A DNA stretch of 64,000 nt from the human T2T-CHM13v2.0 reference genome, Homo sapiens, in the NCBI RefSeq assembly GCF_009914755.1, contig NC_060941.1. The stretch is one strand, 5' to 3'. The notes beneath the pieces are model-generated. The model was given only the letters and a program-made list of their open reading frames with translations, was not told the origin of the DNA and made no database searches. How positions within the stretch are numbered: the first letter of the stretch is position 1; the number at the start of each line of letters is the position of its first letter. Positions 1 through 15,895 of the stretch are shown piece by piece. The position numbers were made by a program, and so were the translations under genes.

Positions 1-232
1 ACTGTGATGTACTATACATAATTGTGCTGTATTTTTGTGTGACTGGCAGTACAGTACCTTTGTTTACACCAGCATCACCACAAACATGTAATGTGTTGTG
101 CAGCAATGTTAGTGTCTGTGATGTAGACATCACTGGGTAATAGGAAATTTTCATCTCCATGATAATCTTATGGGACCACCATCATTTATGCAGTCCATCG
201 TTGACCAAAATGTCATTGTGTAGTGCCTGACT
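1..232 (-). mobile_element. TcMar-Tigger DNA transposon fossil (MER47/Tigger-like), cut by window edge
   Basis: Reverse complement starts with a Tigger-type end (TAGTCAGGC...GGTCAACGATGGACTGCAT...GGTGGTCCCATAAGATTAT). Family recalled, not searched. Confidence 0.6.
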
Positions 233-2387
233 ATAAAACCTTTTTCTACATTTATAATCTCAGCAAAGTTAAAAAAAAAAAAAAACAGGAATAGGTTAAG
301 TTCAGAACTGGGCTTGAATTTAAAATCCCCACTATTAACACCACCACTATTGATTTGGTTTCACTTAAACATCATCTTCTGTCCCATAAATTAGTGCTGT
401 TATTTGGAAATGTGTCTATAACACTTCGCTCAATTTTAATTTGTATCTTTATTATAGCTTTAGAGTTGTTAGTGTACTAGTACATATATTAAGGCTTATA
501 GTTATCTGTACATACATATTCTACTAACTCTATAATAAAATTTGTTAACACATGGAGCAAAAAAATAATCTCAAGCTAGCTTAACAATGGCTTCTGTCCA
601 AACTAGACCCCCAGTAATATTGGGATGACTGAAGTCTCATGCAGAGAAATATGTGTGTCTTCACAGTTCTTATATTTGTGACCATTCAGAACTATATGAA
701 GATATAAGCCAAAAGAAAATTGGTGATCTTGAATGAGCTGTTTTGTGAGGATTATAAGTCCAGATACTACAGGAAGTATCACCCTGGATTCAGATTGCCT
801 GAAAAATCAAATGTGTATCTGTTTTTACTTATTCAAGAGAAATATTTTGAGATTATCCTTCTTACTAATTAACAAATTAATATGATCCAATTAAACTATA
901 ATTAAGGTACTTAAATCAACAAAGATGAGACTCTGTTGCTAGGTTATATGTGGAAAGAGCAAGCAAGCATTTTTCTCTTTTATCAGAATTAGATTTTCCC
1001 AAAGCCTCCACTGTCTTTGAAGACTTTATCTAGTTCAGAATGCTCTCTTCCAGTTGGGGGAAAAATAAAACCACAAAACACAGTTCACTAGAGACCCTCA
1101 GATAAATTGTAGCTATTTGTTGATCTGATCAGCCCTGCCACGGTTACTATGGAAACCAGAGTACTTTCAGATGACCTTTTAGACACAAAACAAAAAAATC
1201 TATGTGCCCCAATATGCTCTCTGCTTTTTTGTCCCTAAATAGCTTACTTAATTACTTCCTTAACTGTGTGATGTTAAGGGGGAAAAAAATCTATAAAATG
1301 CACAGCAGTTGAAAGAGATATTTTAAGGCTTATCCTTCAGCTTTGTCTTAGAAGCAAAGTCTTAAACTGATATAGGAGACAGGTTAGTAGTAGAAATCAT
1401 TTTCAAACACTCATTAGATCACTGCCAACAGAGGTTAACCTGGCATTCAGCTGAGCAGACCCAAAGGAAGCAAGACAGCCTCTGAAAGCAACTGTACAGA
1501 ATTTCTCATGAGTCTGTAAGGGAGGGTGCATGCATTTATATTAGAGTGCTGGCAGCATGCTTTCAGTTTAATTTGTCTCGAGGAAATAATTTTGTTGGGA
1601 AACCAAAAAAGATTATGCATTCTAGTTGTCTGTCTAATGAATTCCTGAAACAGCATAAAAGCCCTGTGTCTTGTAGTTACAGGGATGGCCTTGTGGGTGG
1701 ATGTTGCTGGTTGAAGAAATATTAGTTAATATCACACAAGCCTGTTATTAAATGTTAGAGGCAGCTTTGCAAATGTCCCCAGGCCCTGGTACCCACAGGG
1801 GATGAGCAGGTACCAAGGGTGCCACCCTTCATTTACAGGAACTGGAAGGAGGGAAGACAGAGCCGATGTCCACTGGCACTAGCATGAACATGGCAGCTAA
1901 ACATTGGCACAAGTCTTCATGGCTCTATCTCAAGCACCTAAGAGGAAATTAAAGCCCCCTAAAATAAAATTAAGGGACCTAGAATAAGGGTGACACCAAA
2001 CATAATGCTATTTGTTGTTTTCCCCAAAAAACATGCCCTACAGAGAATTAAGATTGCCTGTCCCTGGAGCGGTAAATCGCAAGGGTTCTGACCTCCCTGG
2101 GTATCCTGAAAGAGGAAGTGGCGAGCAGCTTGAGCTCTAGATCTTGCACCTCCAAGTATGGGAGCTGATTAATAATGCAGAGGTTCAGAGCCCAGCCCAG
2201 CCTCTGACCCAGTCAGAATATTATTTTAACAAGGTCCCCAGGTGATTCCTGAGCCCATTAAAGTTTGAGAAATGCTGGTCAAGAAGATGAAACCTGTTGA
2301 CTGATGAGTAAACAAATTCAGTCTCCTGTGGTCGTAAAGACAGCAAGGATAGACTTCATCACCCCCAGTACCCATATTAAATAGCGA

Positions 2388-3015
<628 letters not shown>

Positions 3016-5410
3016 GGTTAATGGAATAATAGGGTATTCAAACTGGGAGAGATGTTTAAGATTGTGTTTGTTGATGGGGAAACAAAAGCAAAAGGGAGTG
3101 TGTTCAAAGCTTGTTAGTGCAGGACCCAGACCTCCTGTGTGAGTTGATGCTTCTGTCTCATACCCTGTCCCTTCCCACACACCCTTCCCTATGACACCCC
3201 CTTTTCTGACTCCTCTCCATTCATCCACCATGCTCATTAATGCATCTCAGCCCATGCTTGTGCTCCTTGGAAAGACCCTCCCTTCTCCTCCACTTCCGTC
3301 AGTCCTAGGCTTTTCAAATCCTACAAGTCCCTTTATGTGGTTCTCTGGCCTCTTAAAATTGCCTTGACTTACGCAGTCTAAAGACTACTCACTTGCCAGA
3401 CACACCTGTAAGATGTGTCACCTTCCTGATTCCAGAGTAAGAACCTCAGGCCCTCCTCTGAATACTTTGAAGTCTAAACATCAGGCCCATGAGGAGTCCA
3501 CCCTTCACCTGCACTTTTTTGACAGCCCAGAGGAAGGTGTCTGAGCCAACATCTTTATGAGGCTGGTTGGAGGCCTTCAGGGGAGAGGCCATTTTAGAGC
3601 CACGAGAACCTCCCTTTCTTCCTCTAGCAGTTGTGTAAAACTCACGTGTGTGACAAATCTGGTTGCTCTTGAAGATGGACCAGTTTCTTTCCCATACATT
3701 TTATGGTTCCAGAAATCAGTAATTCTGGACATTTCTAACTGGTGGATGCTGCATCTACTCTGTGTCAAGCACTGTCCCTGGGGCTAGAGACAGAACCTTG
3801 CTCTTGGGAACATTGTGGAGTAGTACTAAGGGATATGAGACCTTGTACCTTATCTCCACTTTCTGGAAACGACCCCTGACCCTCATAGTGGAGGGAAGCT
3901 TACACCCTGTCTCCTAAACAGTAGCTAGCCTAGATCAGCGGGAGTCTGACCCAGGCCACAAGTCAGTTCTTTGTCCACGTAGCAGTATCTCCAGCTCTTG
4001 AGATGCTGAGTAAGCCTCACTGCTGAAAAGATTATGGCTCGCCTGATGTAACATGGCTTTTATAGGCAGCTAGAACCACAGAGGCCTCAGAGAATTCAAA
4101 ATCACAGCTCCCTACATGGGGTCCAGGAACGTGTGGCCAAGGTGCTCATGGTGTTGTATTTTGGTTTTAGTTTGTTTTCAGGGATGAGGCCTCTTTGCCC
4201 ATTAGGACTGTCGCCATGATGTACACATGATGGTGGCACTTCCCAGTTCATCAGGCCGACCAAGTGGGGCCATAGATGTCCTTGTTCAGGAATTCAGGGA
4301 ACTCGGTGGCTGTCGTGTCTTCAGCACTTAATTGAAAACGAAGTGGTTAACATTTGGCACTAGTGCAGCTTCCTGCCATTTGCCACTTTCACCTTGAGCA
4401 GAGGTGTTTTGCTTCCTCATCTCCCTTCCCAGCATCCAGGTGTGTGGTCCGGGAAGGATTCCCTGGGACCTCTTGCAGATGTGTAGAGCAAGAGGTGCTG
4501 TGCGTATCTGGGCTGGGTCACTTCAGCCTTTCCTTTGATTTTTTTTTCCCAGAGAAGATTTGGGATGGTTTGTCATGTCCAAGTGTGAAACAGCCTTAGA
4601 GTTCTTTCTAGGTCCATTTGAGTCTAAGAATAACTACCCAGTGGCTGCCGGAAGGCTGTGAAGCCACATAGCAATTGTATCAAGGTGTCTCTGCTAAATG
4701 TTTTTTGTCTCCCTGTAGAAAGAAGCAGGTGACCTATTGCAGATGGCAGTTGGAGATAGGAACCTCCTAAAGTCATGCCATATACTTCTCAGGGCATCCC
4801 AGCTACTCAATACAGAGTACCCTATGCCTATAGATATCCAAGCAAAGATCAGGCAACCCTCTGAGAAAGATGTAGGAGAAATGCCTGATTAAATTTCCTC
4901 TAAGGCTCTGTCCAATACCAAGATTGCAATAAGGGTGTTTTTGTTGCTATTGTTAGTTCCCTTTAATCTTGATGTGGATTAAGATCGCTATCCTAAAATA
5001 GAGTTTTTGGGGTTGGAACAAAATGGCCTATTTTAGGAACAATCATAAATGGATTTGTGATTACTGACTTTTAAAGGCCCATAATGATAAATTGGAATAG
5101 AAGATAACCCATACCTGGTAAAAGAGATGCAAAACTCATGATTTGACTAGTTTCTCATTTTAGTAGACAAAGCCTTACTGAGCACGTAGGATCGGTTTGC
5201 CTCTGATCTCCTCTGTTCAGGTTCAGGGCTGTGATGACCCATTCAGGCTGTGGGATTTTGGTTCAGAAATCTGATCATCTGATCCCTCTCAAATTCTCTC
5301 CTGGAAGCCACCTCTCACTGCTTATGAAGTTGGGGGATTACCCCTATGAATCCTTGTAGAGAAGTCTCACCTTCATGAATCCTTGTAGAGAAGTCTCTTT
5401 TGAGATGATT

Positions 5411-5755
<345 letters not shown>

Positions 5756-6842
5756 TGAGAAAGGAAAGTTATCCAGTTAAGATAGGTTTTTTTTTTTCCC
5801 TTTTTCTTTTTCGGTGGAAGTTGAAAGTAAAAAGAAAAGCAAACCCTGGTTGTGTGGCATTCAGTCAACTGGAGCTTGGTTAACTCACTGCCCACCAGCT
5901 TATGTTTCGTCAGTCATCTTGGGCACTTCCAAGATATTGAAGAGCCTTCTGAATCATCAAGAAAAAACAAAATCTTGTTACTAATAGTTTTCATGGTAAG
6001 CGGGTTTGGTTTCATCATCATTTATTGAAAAATGGCAATCTGTATATAACATTACTGGGCACCTTGCTATGTGCTACCTCAAACGAGTCGATTCGCCAAA
6101 TACTCCAGGACCCCGTCATGTGAACTGGCCGATAGCAAAACACATCCCTGAATGTAGTGGAGCTGTTTGATGTGAGACCACTTTCAGACATGGAAATGCC
6201 ACAAGGAGGAGAGAAGGGTCCTGTCCTCATAAAGCTTGATTCTAGGCCTTTCACTATTCAAACAAGGAAGAGTTACTTCCTACCCCTCCAAGGGTCAAAT
6301 GAGACCTGCACCTGGGGTGCCTCCGGAGCAGAGTGCACTGGAAGGTTCACCGCACCTTCTCTCCTGACCCTGGTGCTGTGTCTCGGGGTCACCGTCTGTC
6401 TGCTGTGCCTGCCTGCATCATAATTGGAACCTGTGCTGTGTTGTACTCAATCTCGTTTTCTCACACCACTAATTGTGTGTAGCACTTCCTGTGTGTAACA
6501 TTTCTCCTACTAACCTGGCAGTTTTTCTCCTCCTCCTGTCTTTTACAGGGCTGTCATGTCCGCTTCTTAAAGGTAGTTCTTCCTCTGCTCTTTCCTCATC
6601 CACTTTCCTTCCACAAAACACTTGCCTTGGTTTTTGTGGCTCCCGGGCCTCAGCCTGCAGCCATGCTCTCCACCCTTAAGGATGCACCGCGTGTTCTGGT
6701 AGCTTGAATCTCACACCTACTTGTGTCTTAGTCTGTGTGCTCCCTTCCAAGCAGCCACGGCCCTCCCATGAAAAAAAATGCCATGTCTTAATCACCCAGA
6801 GAATAGACCAGTCTCCCCTCCTCTTCAGATTAGGTTAGTTTA

Positions 6843-7188
<346 letters not shown>

Positions 7189-8962
7189 TTACCAAGCAAA
7201 TATCAAAACCTCCTATCAGTGATTAAAGTTCAAGTCTGTATTGAAAGCATCCATCCAATGAACAGAAAGAGTGCATCTTTAAATGGACAGCTCATTTTCC
7301 TTTCTTTCTGTTAATATCTTTCAATCACATATGAGTTAAGATTCATTTTAAGTTTTATAGGCATACATCTGCATTAGCATGCAATCAGTATGGTGTATTT
7401 ACACTACATGAGTGTGTTCATATGGATGATGTAGTGTAATATATCATAGGCTGAAATCCTGTAATTGTTCTGATGTTCTTAATGCCTGACTTAATCCTTC
7501 TCACTCTTATTTCATTTTTTCTCATTTTTTAATGTTTTCCCAACTCAATCGTTGCAATCTAATCAACCATTCTATCCCCAAACTATGGAGGGGAATTTTG
7601 CAACTTGCATGTAAATGGTTTTAAAAACCTGGTCTATTATTGTCATTTCTGATAGCGCCACTCTCTTCTGGGAAGCTGGTTAGGGCCACACACCAGCTGT
7701 GCTCTCAGCGTATTGCCTGTGTTCGTAATTAAAATCAGCCCAAGATTGTCGCAGTGCTTTTATGTTCGCATTAGATCAAACTGGAAAATTTAAACCCTCA
7801 AATGCTCGGGTGGAGGATTTGCAAGGGGAGAAACCCTACTCCCCGACCCCAAGCTGGAATCCACATCTAATGCTCTCTCAAAAACACTGTCCTAAAGACA
7901 GCATCTAATAAATAATGTTTTTAGAGTTTCTCATCTCTAGAACTTGTATCTCACCCTGCAGATGTGCCTGTTAGAGGAACCACAGGAGATTTGTGACCTA
8001 GAGATACTGGAAATGAGAAAGAAAAAAAATATTCCTTGAGGTTTCCTAAGTCTTGCAGAGTGTGGTAAATACTGTGTGTGAAAACTGCCTTTCAAGGCTT
8101 CTGTTGTTACTGCCCCCCCTCCACCCCGCCCTTGTCTGTGTTTGAAAACCCTGTCCCATGATTCAATGCAGGGTGTTGACTTTGGATACACATCTCCAGA
8201 GGCTGGCCACACCTGAATACACTGAGCCTCTGTGCAACTTCTTCCTGTGGAGTAAAACCCTCCAGCATTCTCAGAGGAAAGAGGCACCTCTTGATCACTC
8301 CAGGAGGTGGAAACAGTTCCTGTTTAAAAACCAAGTAAACCCCTGTCATTGCACCCCCTGCTACTTCAGAGGAACACCTCCACTCTGATGGAAGGAACTC
8401 GTACTTGGGTCCTGGAACCCTAATTGGGACCCAAACCTCTCCCACTTGTGTGGCCTGACGTGCCTGAGTGCTGTTTGTGTCCTTTTTATTATGTTGAAAA
8501 CTTTGTTATTCCAAAGAAACATCTGAATCACAGAGCTTAGTTTCCCAGCATGTCGGAAAGCTGGGTGCTGGTGTAAAAAACTCAGATGTGGCTGAAAAGG
8601 GAAGTAATGAGAGGGGAGAAAAATAAGAAGAAAGAGTTAGGGTGAGGCTTTCACCTCCCTGGGTTCTTGCCTGGCTCCTCCTAGCTCTAATGAAGGGCTG
8701 TCCCTGTCCCCTTCTCCTTAAAGACTGTCCCTCTTCTCCCACCTGCTGGGCAACGTGGCTGTCACCTCGTCATTCCAAGAAGGCAGCAGGGTGTGGCGAG
8801 GAAGTGCCACACTGCCTGGGTTCAAGGGTTCAAATCCCAGCTCCAATATTTCGTAGCTGTATAGCCTGGAGCCATGCAGCTCATCTCTCTTGCCTCAGTT
8901 TCTCCAAGTCTAAAATGGAAATGGTAAAAGGACCAACCTCCTAGGGATGTTGGGAGGATTAA

Positions 8963-9457
<495 letters not shown>

Positions 9458-12400
9458 TCATTGTGCTTTCTAAACCACTCCCGGGCCCCAGTTGGGAGAC
9501 CCCGGTTGTACATTAGGTACAAATAACCCATCAGATAGGAATCTGCTCCCCGTACCCCACCCTACTCCCACCTGCAGCAGTGAAGCAAGGCCATCTTGAA
9601 TTCATTTAAGAACAGAGATGAGAAGTGTCAAGTCAACAAAGTCTCTTTTCTGACATGTTTTGTGTTGGTGCTTATTATGTTTCCTGTGTGGTTTTGTTAT
9701 GAGGACAAGAAACAGGCTACTCTACCTGAGAAAGAAAATGTCACCCGCATGTTGGAAATTCACCCTGACCCAGGCAGTGATAATAGCGTGCCACCGCTCG
9801 CTCACACCTCTCTTCAAAGTGGCTTCCTTGGCTTGGTCATGAGCTAATCTTTACCTTGTGGCTTTTTCTGAAAATAGACTTGTCAACACTCAGTCCGAGT
9901 CTGGCCCCCAGTCACTGGTTTTCTCTGTTGACAGGCTGCAAAGAATCATGCAGGAAGGGCTCTGTCCATGAATTCCCAATGGTCATGGGTGGTCAGCCAG
10001 CTCAGAGCTGATGGTTTGGGTGGGGGCAGGCAGGACACAGCCATAGTCTCAGCTCTTACTAGGGGTATTCGTTTTGTGACTCACATTCCCCCAGGTGCTC
10101 ACAGCCTGTAGATACCCTTAGGGTCACAATAATTGTATTAATTTAGACTCCCTGGCTCTCTCCTGGCCCATTGACAAAACCTCTGTTCACTTCCAAAGCC
10201 CAGCAGTTGCAGCTGGGAGATCCCAGGAGTATCTCGTGCGGTGGTGAAGTGATCCGATCACACACCTTTCCTCTCCGGTGTGAGGCCCTCTGCTTTGAGG
10301 CCACTTGCATCCCAGCCATGTTCCCCCCCACCCGCTGCTTCCTTTGGGGAGAATGCCCCCTTGTGAGTCCACGCCCCCCTCAAGCTGCCAGGCCTCATGC
10401 ATGGGGCCAGAGTGCTAGGGTGCAAATACCATGTGTAAAGGGAAAAGTGTCCTGACCTCAGCTGCCCTTGTGCCCTCAGGCCTGTGCCCACCGTTGGAGA
10501 CAGGAAACACCTACCTCCACCTTGCCCTCAGGCAGCCCCTCCTGCTGGAGACCAGCTCCTCAGTCCTGTCCAAGTCCCCTGAGGGCAGCTGGGAAGCCCC
10601 TGTCTTTTTAGGAGAGGTCTCACTGTTCCACCCCCTCGTCTCTTCCCCCTTCCTGGAATGGAAATTTGTCTTCTGACGCTGCCACCTGGCAGCAGGCGAT
10701 GGCTGTGGCGAGACTACTCAGAATGGCAGCAGCCACCAGCCCCGAGCTCTGATCACTCCCTCACCACTGCAGGATGGCGAGGCTCCCAAGCCTGCAGGAC
10801 GAGAAAGGGAGTGTTGACCCATTTTACAGATGAAGAAACAGGCCTCAGAGAAGTGTGCAGTGCCTTTACTGGTGTCCCAGACCGCTGCTGGCAGACCCCA
10901 GATCCCATGCTTGTCACCTTCCTGAGCGCCTAGTGAGCTGCCTGACACAGAGGGCCCAGAGAATAGCCCAGAACAGTGCAGCTGCTGCTAGCCTTGGAAG
11001 CAGGTGTCCCATTGAGCTATAATTAGGCCCCTTGGTTTTAAAAACTGGTGTGGATTAAAAAGGCTCAGTGAGGGTAGGATGAAATCAATGATTATGGAAA
11101 TATTGTGCTAAATTTAATGACAGTCGGCCCTGCTTTCAAATTGCTTGCTCCTGTCAGAGACATTTTATAAAAATTTTCCGTTGAGTAGTTGAGCAGTGTA
11201 TCCAGCATTTCGGGGATAGGATGTGTTTTGTTTTTTGGTTTTTTTTTTTTTCTCTGTGAGGATGCCCAGTCATCCTGTTTTTCCTTTCTGCAGCAGCTGC
11301 ACAGCCATGGAGGGAAGGCTCTGGAACCTTCTTCCTTGGGGAACTGGGTTTTATTGCCAGTTATAGCTTGGGTGCGTTTTTTGTTACTGTTTTTTATTGA
11401 CTTCAGGAGCTGCTGTTCTGTGCTCGCTTAGCTTCAATTGGATTTTCCCAGAAGTGGCTTTTTCATTGAACTCTGCCCTCGTGTAACTGTCGTTACTTCT
11501 CACTATTTTCCAGGTCGTTCTTTGTTTCTAAGATAAACACCGTGGCTCCCTCGGACCACTCCAGGGCCCCCTGCAGCCCTCACTGCCTCCCTTCCCCCCA
11601 GGCCCTTTCTTGGATCTGTGGCTTGCAGAGTCTGCACCCAGTCAAGGGTTTGGAAAGATTCGGGAGACACAGAAAGGCCTACAACTGTTTGGATCTTTGT
11701 TTTCTAGAAATAGAGCACCCAGAGATCTTAAAACCCACTTTTGGCATCTGTAGTTCCGTTGGCACTCTATAGTTCCGTTGGCATTTTGCAAAGTCCTGGC
11801 ACTTACATGAGTGATTCAGGTCATCTACTATAAAGGATACAGTTTTTTTTTTGCATCTGCGTAGATACAATTTTGTGTCTTGTTTGTGCCATCTTGCCCC
11901 ATTTACTGGGACTTCACCTCGGTAAGGCAGACTAGTGAATCTTAGGTGGATCTCTGCTAAAAGATCCCAGCCAAACTGCAGTTGCTTCAGAAACTGAATA
12001 CCACAAGAGGGCAGTAAAGATTTGCAAATGAAAGATTCCATGACACCTGCACACAACAAACAGCAATCAACTGTTGCCTGGATGTCTTTACATTTTAGTG
12101 GACATAGAGATGAGATCACCACCTTGTGCTCCCCATTGCTTCTTGGCTTTAGAGGATCTTCAGTGTGCTGCAAAGAAGTCAAGGGTTTCCCAAGAGCTGG
12201 ATGGCTCCTTCAGTCTATTCTTGCTTGCACTGGGCCCCAGCCCATTTTCTATCTCCCCGGGTTTTTTTTTTTAGCACCAGAGAATTACCCACTTCGAAGC
12301 CATGTTGCTGACAGTCTGAAAACCTATTTACTTTGATGATGTTTCTGAGTTCATGTGATTCTTGACCCTGCCACAGCCAACCCATAAAGCCAGTGTGGTG

Positions 12401-14203
12401 GTAATTCCAAAGGGGAGCATTCGAGCAGGAAAAGGAATAGGTTTCCAAAAATGATTAAGTGCCCAAAGTTCTCGAACAATGCTATGTCATGGCTGTTGCA
12501 GTGCGCACTGGGCCTTCCTCTAAGCCGGGCATCAGACGCAAGTGTGCCATCAGCTAGCTCCCTGGTGGGAGAAAAACATTGTTGCAGATGGAAAAACTTA
12601 AGGTCATTGGTGGGGAATCCTCATGTAAGCCTGGAGATTTAGCAATTGGGGAGAACGCGGTACAAGGGCAAACCGCCTTTCCAGGAGGTGTTTAGCAGGT
12701 GAGACAAGGCGTGCACCACCAAGATTAGCGATCCTAACAGATGTGTCAATTATCAACAGACAAATCTGGGAAACAGGGAAAAATTTGGTTGGCTGCAAAG
12801 AAAATCACACACCGGGATACTAGAGGTGAATATTATGTGGTATGAAAAGAACCAAGCACTTCGCAGTTTCCACATCTGGCAAAGTGCCAACACGTCAGGG
12901 TCCCACGTTTCTCCTTGGAGAATGGCTCAGTTGCCATGACAACGGAGGCCCTCTCGCTGCCTGTGAATTTATTTTAACCGTGGCAACAGCCAAAGTGGGT
13001 GTGTCCATGAAAATGTTTCTTGTTAAGAAAACGATTGAATGTGTTGCCCTTACATTTTGCTCTGCTGAATACATACTTCATTCACCACCATTGTATGGCT
13101 GCAAAATTTCCTTTTCCTGTGCTGCCTGGCATAGCAAGCATTGTGGAAGAGCCTGAATAGTGATTTAATTCTAGTGCTCTTGAGATTCTTAATTGTCGCT
13201 GTTGTGATAGATTAAGAAGATACAGACATTGTACTGAAATCTAACTGCAAATGAGGATGAGTGATTTGAGAACCTGCGTGATACAGGGCAAGGGTCATCG
13301 AACTGCAATCCACAGCCCAGACCCCAGCGGCTGCCTGTCTTCACCATTAAGGCTTTATTGGAACACCTTCCCTCCTTTACTCACTTTTGCAGCTTTCGAG
13401 CTACAATGGCAGAGTTGGAGAGTTACGACAGAGACAGTATTTGGCCCACAAAGCCACAAATATTTACTATCTGGACCTTTACAGAAAAAGTTTGCTCACC
13501 CTCGATGTAGGAGGAAGAGCACTAGGTTCAAAGGCTGGAGTTCTGGATTCAGAGCTCAGGATGGAAAACTGATTTAGACATATCGCGGTGCCCCCTGGGC
13601 TCATTCTCCTCATCTGTAACATGGGCAGCCTTGATGAGACTATCCCCAAGTTGCTTTTGAATTCTAAAAGCTCTGTCATCCTCCTGCTGTTAGTCAAAGA
13701 TTACAGCCCAGATGGGGCAACCTTAGCACAGGGAAACGTACGGGATGATCCAGCATCTAGTTTCAGGGCCTCTGTAGAGAACAGAGCGTCCTTCTCTTCC
13801 TCCACCAGCACTGCCACGAAGCGGCGCAGAGGCTGTGGTGAAGTTAGCTCTCTAGACCTCAGCATCTTCATCTGCATCCTAGGCAGGTCAGACTCCCCAG
13901 GGACCCTTCTGTGGCTGACAGTCTGTGGTTCTGAGGCCCTCGCTGCAGTTGCCAGCAGGAGAAAGAATGACTCATGCCTGTGATTTGCTGGTCACCTGTG
14001 ATTCCCGCCTCCGGGAGAAAACTCCAAGTAGCAGGTGTTGACCCAGTTGTGTGGGAGGAATCACCCAGGCCCTTATTTCCAGGTTGCACTTACAGATCGG
14101 ATTGTGCAACCAGAAAAATGCCGTCAGAAGGAAGTGGGGTGGCTTGGGGGACTGACTTACTAAGGATCACTGTTAAGCTCTCCATACAAATTAGCTCCCC
14201 TTC

Positions 14204-14884
14204 TGTCTTAGTCCACTCGGGCTGCTATAGCAAAATACCATAAACTGCATGGCTTACAAACTGCATATGTTTCTCTCTCTTAGTTCTGAATGCTGGGAAG
14301 TCTAAAATCAAGGCAGGTGAGGTGTCTGGTGAAGGCTCACTTTCTGATTCACAGATGGCATCTTCTGGCTTTGCCCACACATGGTAGATGGGATGAGGAG
14401 CCTCTCAGGCCTCTTTTTATTAAAGTTTTTATTATTTAGAGACAGGGTCTCATTCTGATGCCCAGGCGGGAGTGCAGTGGCACAATCACTGTTCACTGCA
14501 TCCTCGAATTCCTGGGCTCAAGCAATCCTCCTGCTTCAGCCTCCCGAGTAGCTAGGACTACAGGTGCATGCCACTGTGCCTGGCTAATTTTTAAAATTAT
14601 TTTTTGTAGAGATGGGGGTCTCACTGTGTTGACTAGGCTGTTCTCAAACTCCCAGCCTCAAGCTATCTTTCTGCCTCAGCCTTTCAAAAATGCTGGGATT
14701 AGAGGCATCAGCCTGGGATCACACCCAGCTTCCAAGGCCTCTTTTATAAGGGCACTAATCCCATTCGTGAGGGATCCACCCTCATGACCTAGTCACCTTC
14801 CAAAGGCCCTGCCTCCTGACACCATCATCTTGGGGCTAAGGATTTCAACATGTGAATTTGAGGGAGACACATTCAAACCATAGC
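14204..14884 (-). mobile_element. MaLR LTR (MLT1A/MST type) containing an antisense AluJ (about 14434-14730)
   Basis: TGTCTTAGTCC...GCTGCTATAGCAAAATACCATAAACTG start and CAAACCATAGCA end. Confidence 0.7.
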
Positions 14885-15146
14885 ACCTTCCAAGACCACT
14901 TTCTGTGTTGTGGAAGAAAAGATGTGTTTTTGTTTTGACATCTGAACATAAAACACATATACACAGCCACATGTGAGAAAGAAGTACAGTTAAAAATTCC
15001 AACTGTGAATTTAGACACACAACCCAAAAGAAACCAAGAGCCTGCCTTCAGGAATTAGGCTGCCTTGACTCTGGGCTTCTTCCTCTTCTCTTTGACTATT
15101 CATGGTGAGATTAAAATGTCTGTCCTTGTGCAGCTGGGCACAAGGG

Positions 15147-15186
15147 TACTTGTTTGTGACCTCCCCAAAAAGGTCACAAACAAGTA
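15147..15186. repeat. Perfect 16-bp inverted repeat with 8-nt spacer
   Basis: TACTTGTTTGTGACCT-CCCCAAAA-AGGTCACAAACAAGTA read directly. Confidence 0.95.
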
Positions 15187-15596
15187 ATTAATGTTTCATT
15201 CATCCAGGAATCTATCCTGGGGACTTCAAGGATGCACACATATTTAGACCACAAAATTGTTCATCTGCATGTTATTGAAAACAGAACTAGGAAAAACCTA
15301 GGTGTCTAACAATAAGGAATGGTTACATCAGCTACAGTAGAGCCGTGTAGTAGGATATGATGCAGTCACTCAAATCATGTGGCAGAAGGGTGCTTATAAC
15401 CAGAAGTTCACAATAAGCAAAGGGGAGAAGCAGGTTACAAACAATCTGATTCTATCTGTATCACATAGGAAATCATGAAAAGAAAGGATTAGGAAAATGT
15501 CCACCAGAATGTTATTAATGATTACCTCTGGGTAATAAAATTATAAGATTTTAGTATATATGCTGCCAAAATGAGTATAAAATTTTAGATGTTTTA

Positions 15597-15895
15597 GGCC
15601 AGCCGTGGTGGCTCACATCTGCAATCCCAGCACTTTGGCCGAGGTGGGTGGATCACTTGAGGTCAGGACCTCGAGACCAGCCTGGCCAACATGGTGAAAC
15701 CCCGTCTCTACTAAAAATACAAAAATTAGCCAGGCATGGTGACATGTTCCTGTAATCCCAGCTACTCAGGAGGCTGAGGTGCGAGAATCGCTTGAACCCA
15801 GGAGGCAGAGGTTGCAGCAAGCCAAGATCACACCGCTGCACTCCTGTCTGGAAGATAGAGCGAGACTCCGTCTCAAAAATAAATAAAAATAAAAT
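15597..15895 (+). mobile_element. Alu (S-type)
   Basis: Alu consensus, A-rich tail, flanking TAGATGTTTTA duplication. Confidence 0.95.

Noticed and set aside
10677-10695. CTCF-like motif GCTGCCACCTGGCAG
   Set aside because: Partial match only; expected by chance without binding data.
11741-11784. Short duplication TAGTTCCGTTGGCA (and TGATTCACTTCTG near 58160-58190)
   Set aside because: Ordinary micro-duplications with no further structure.
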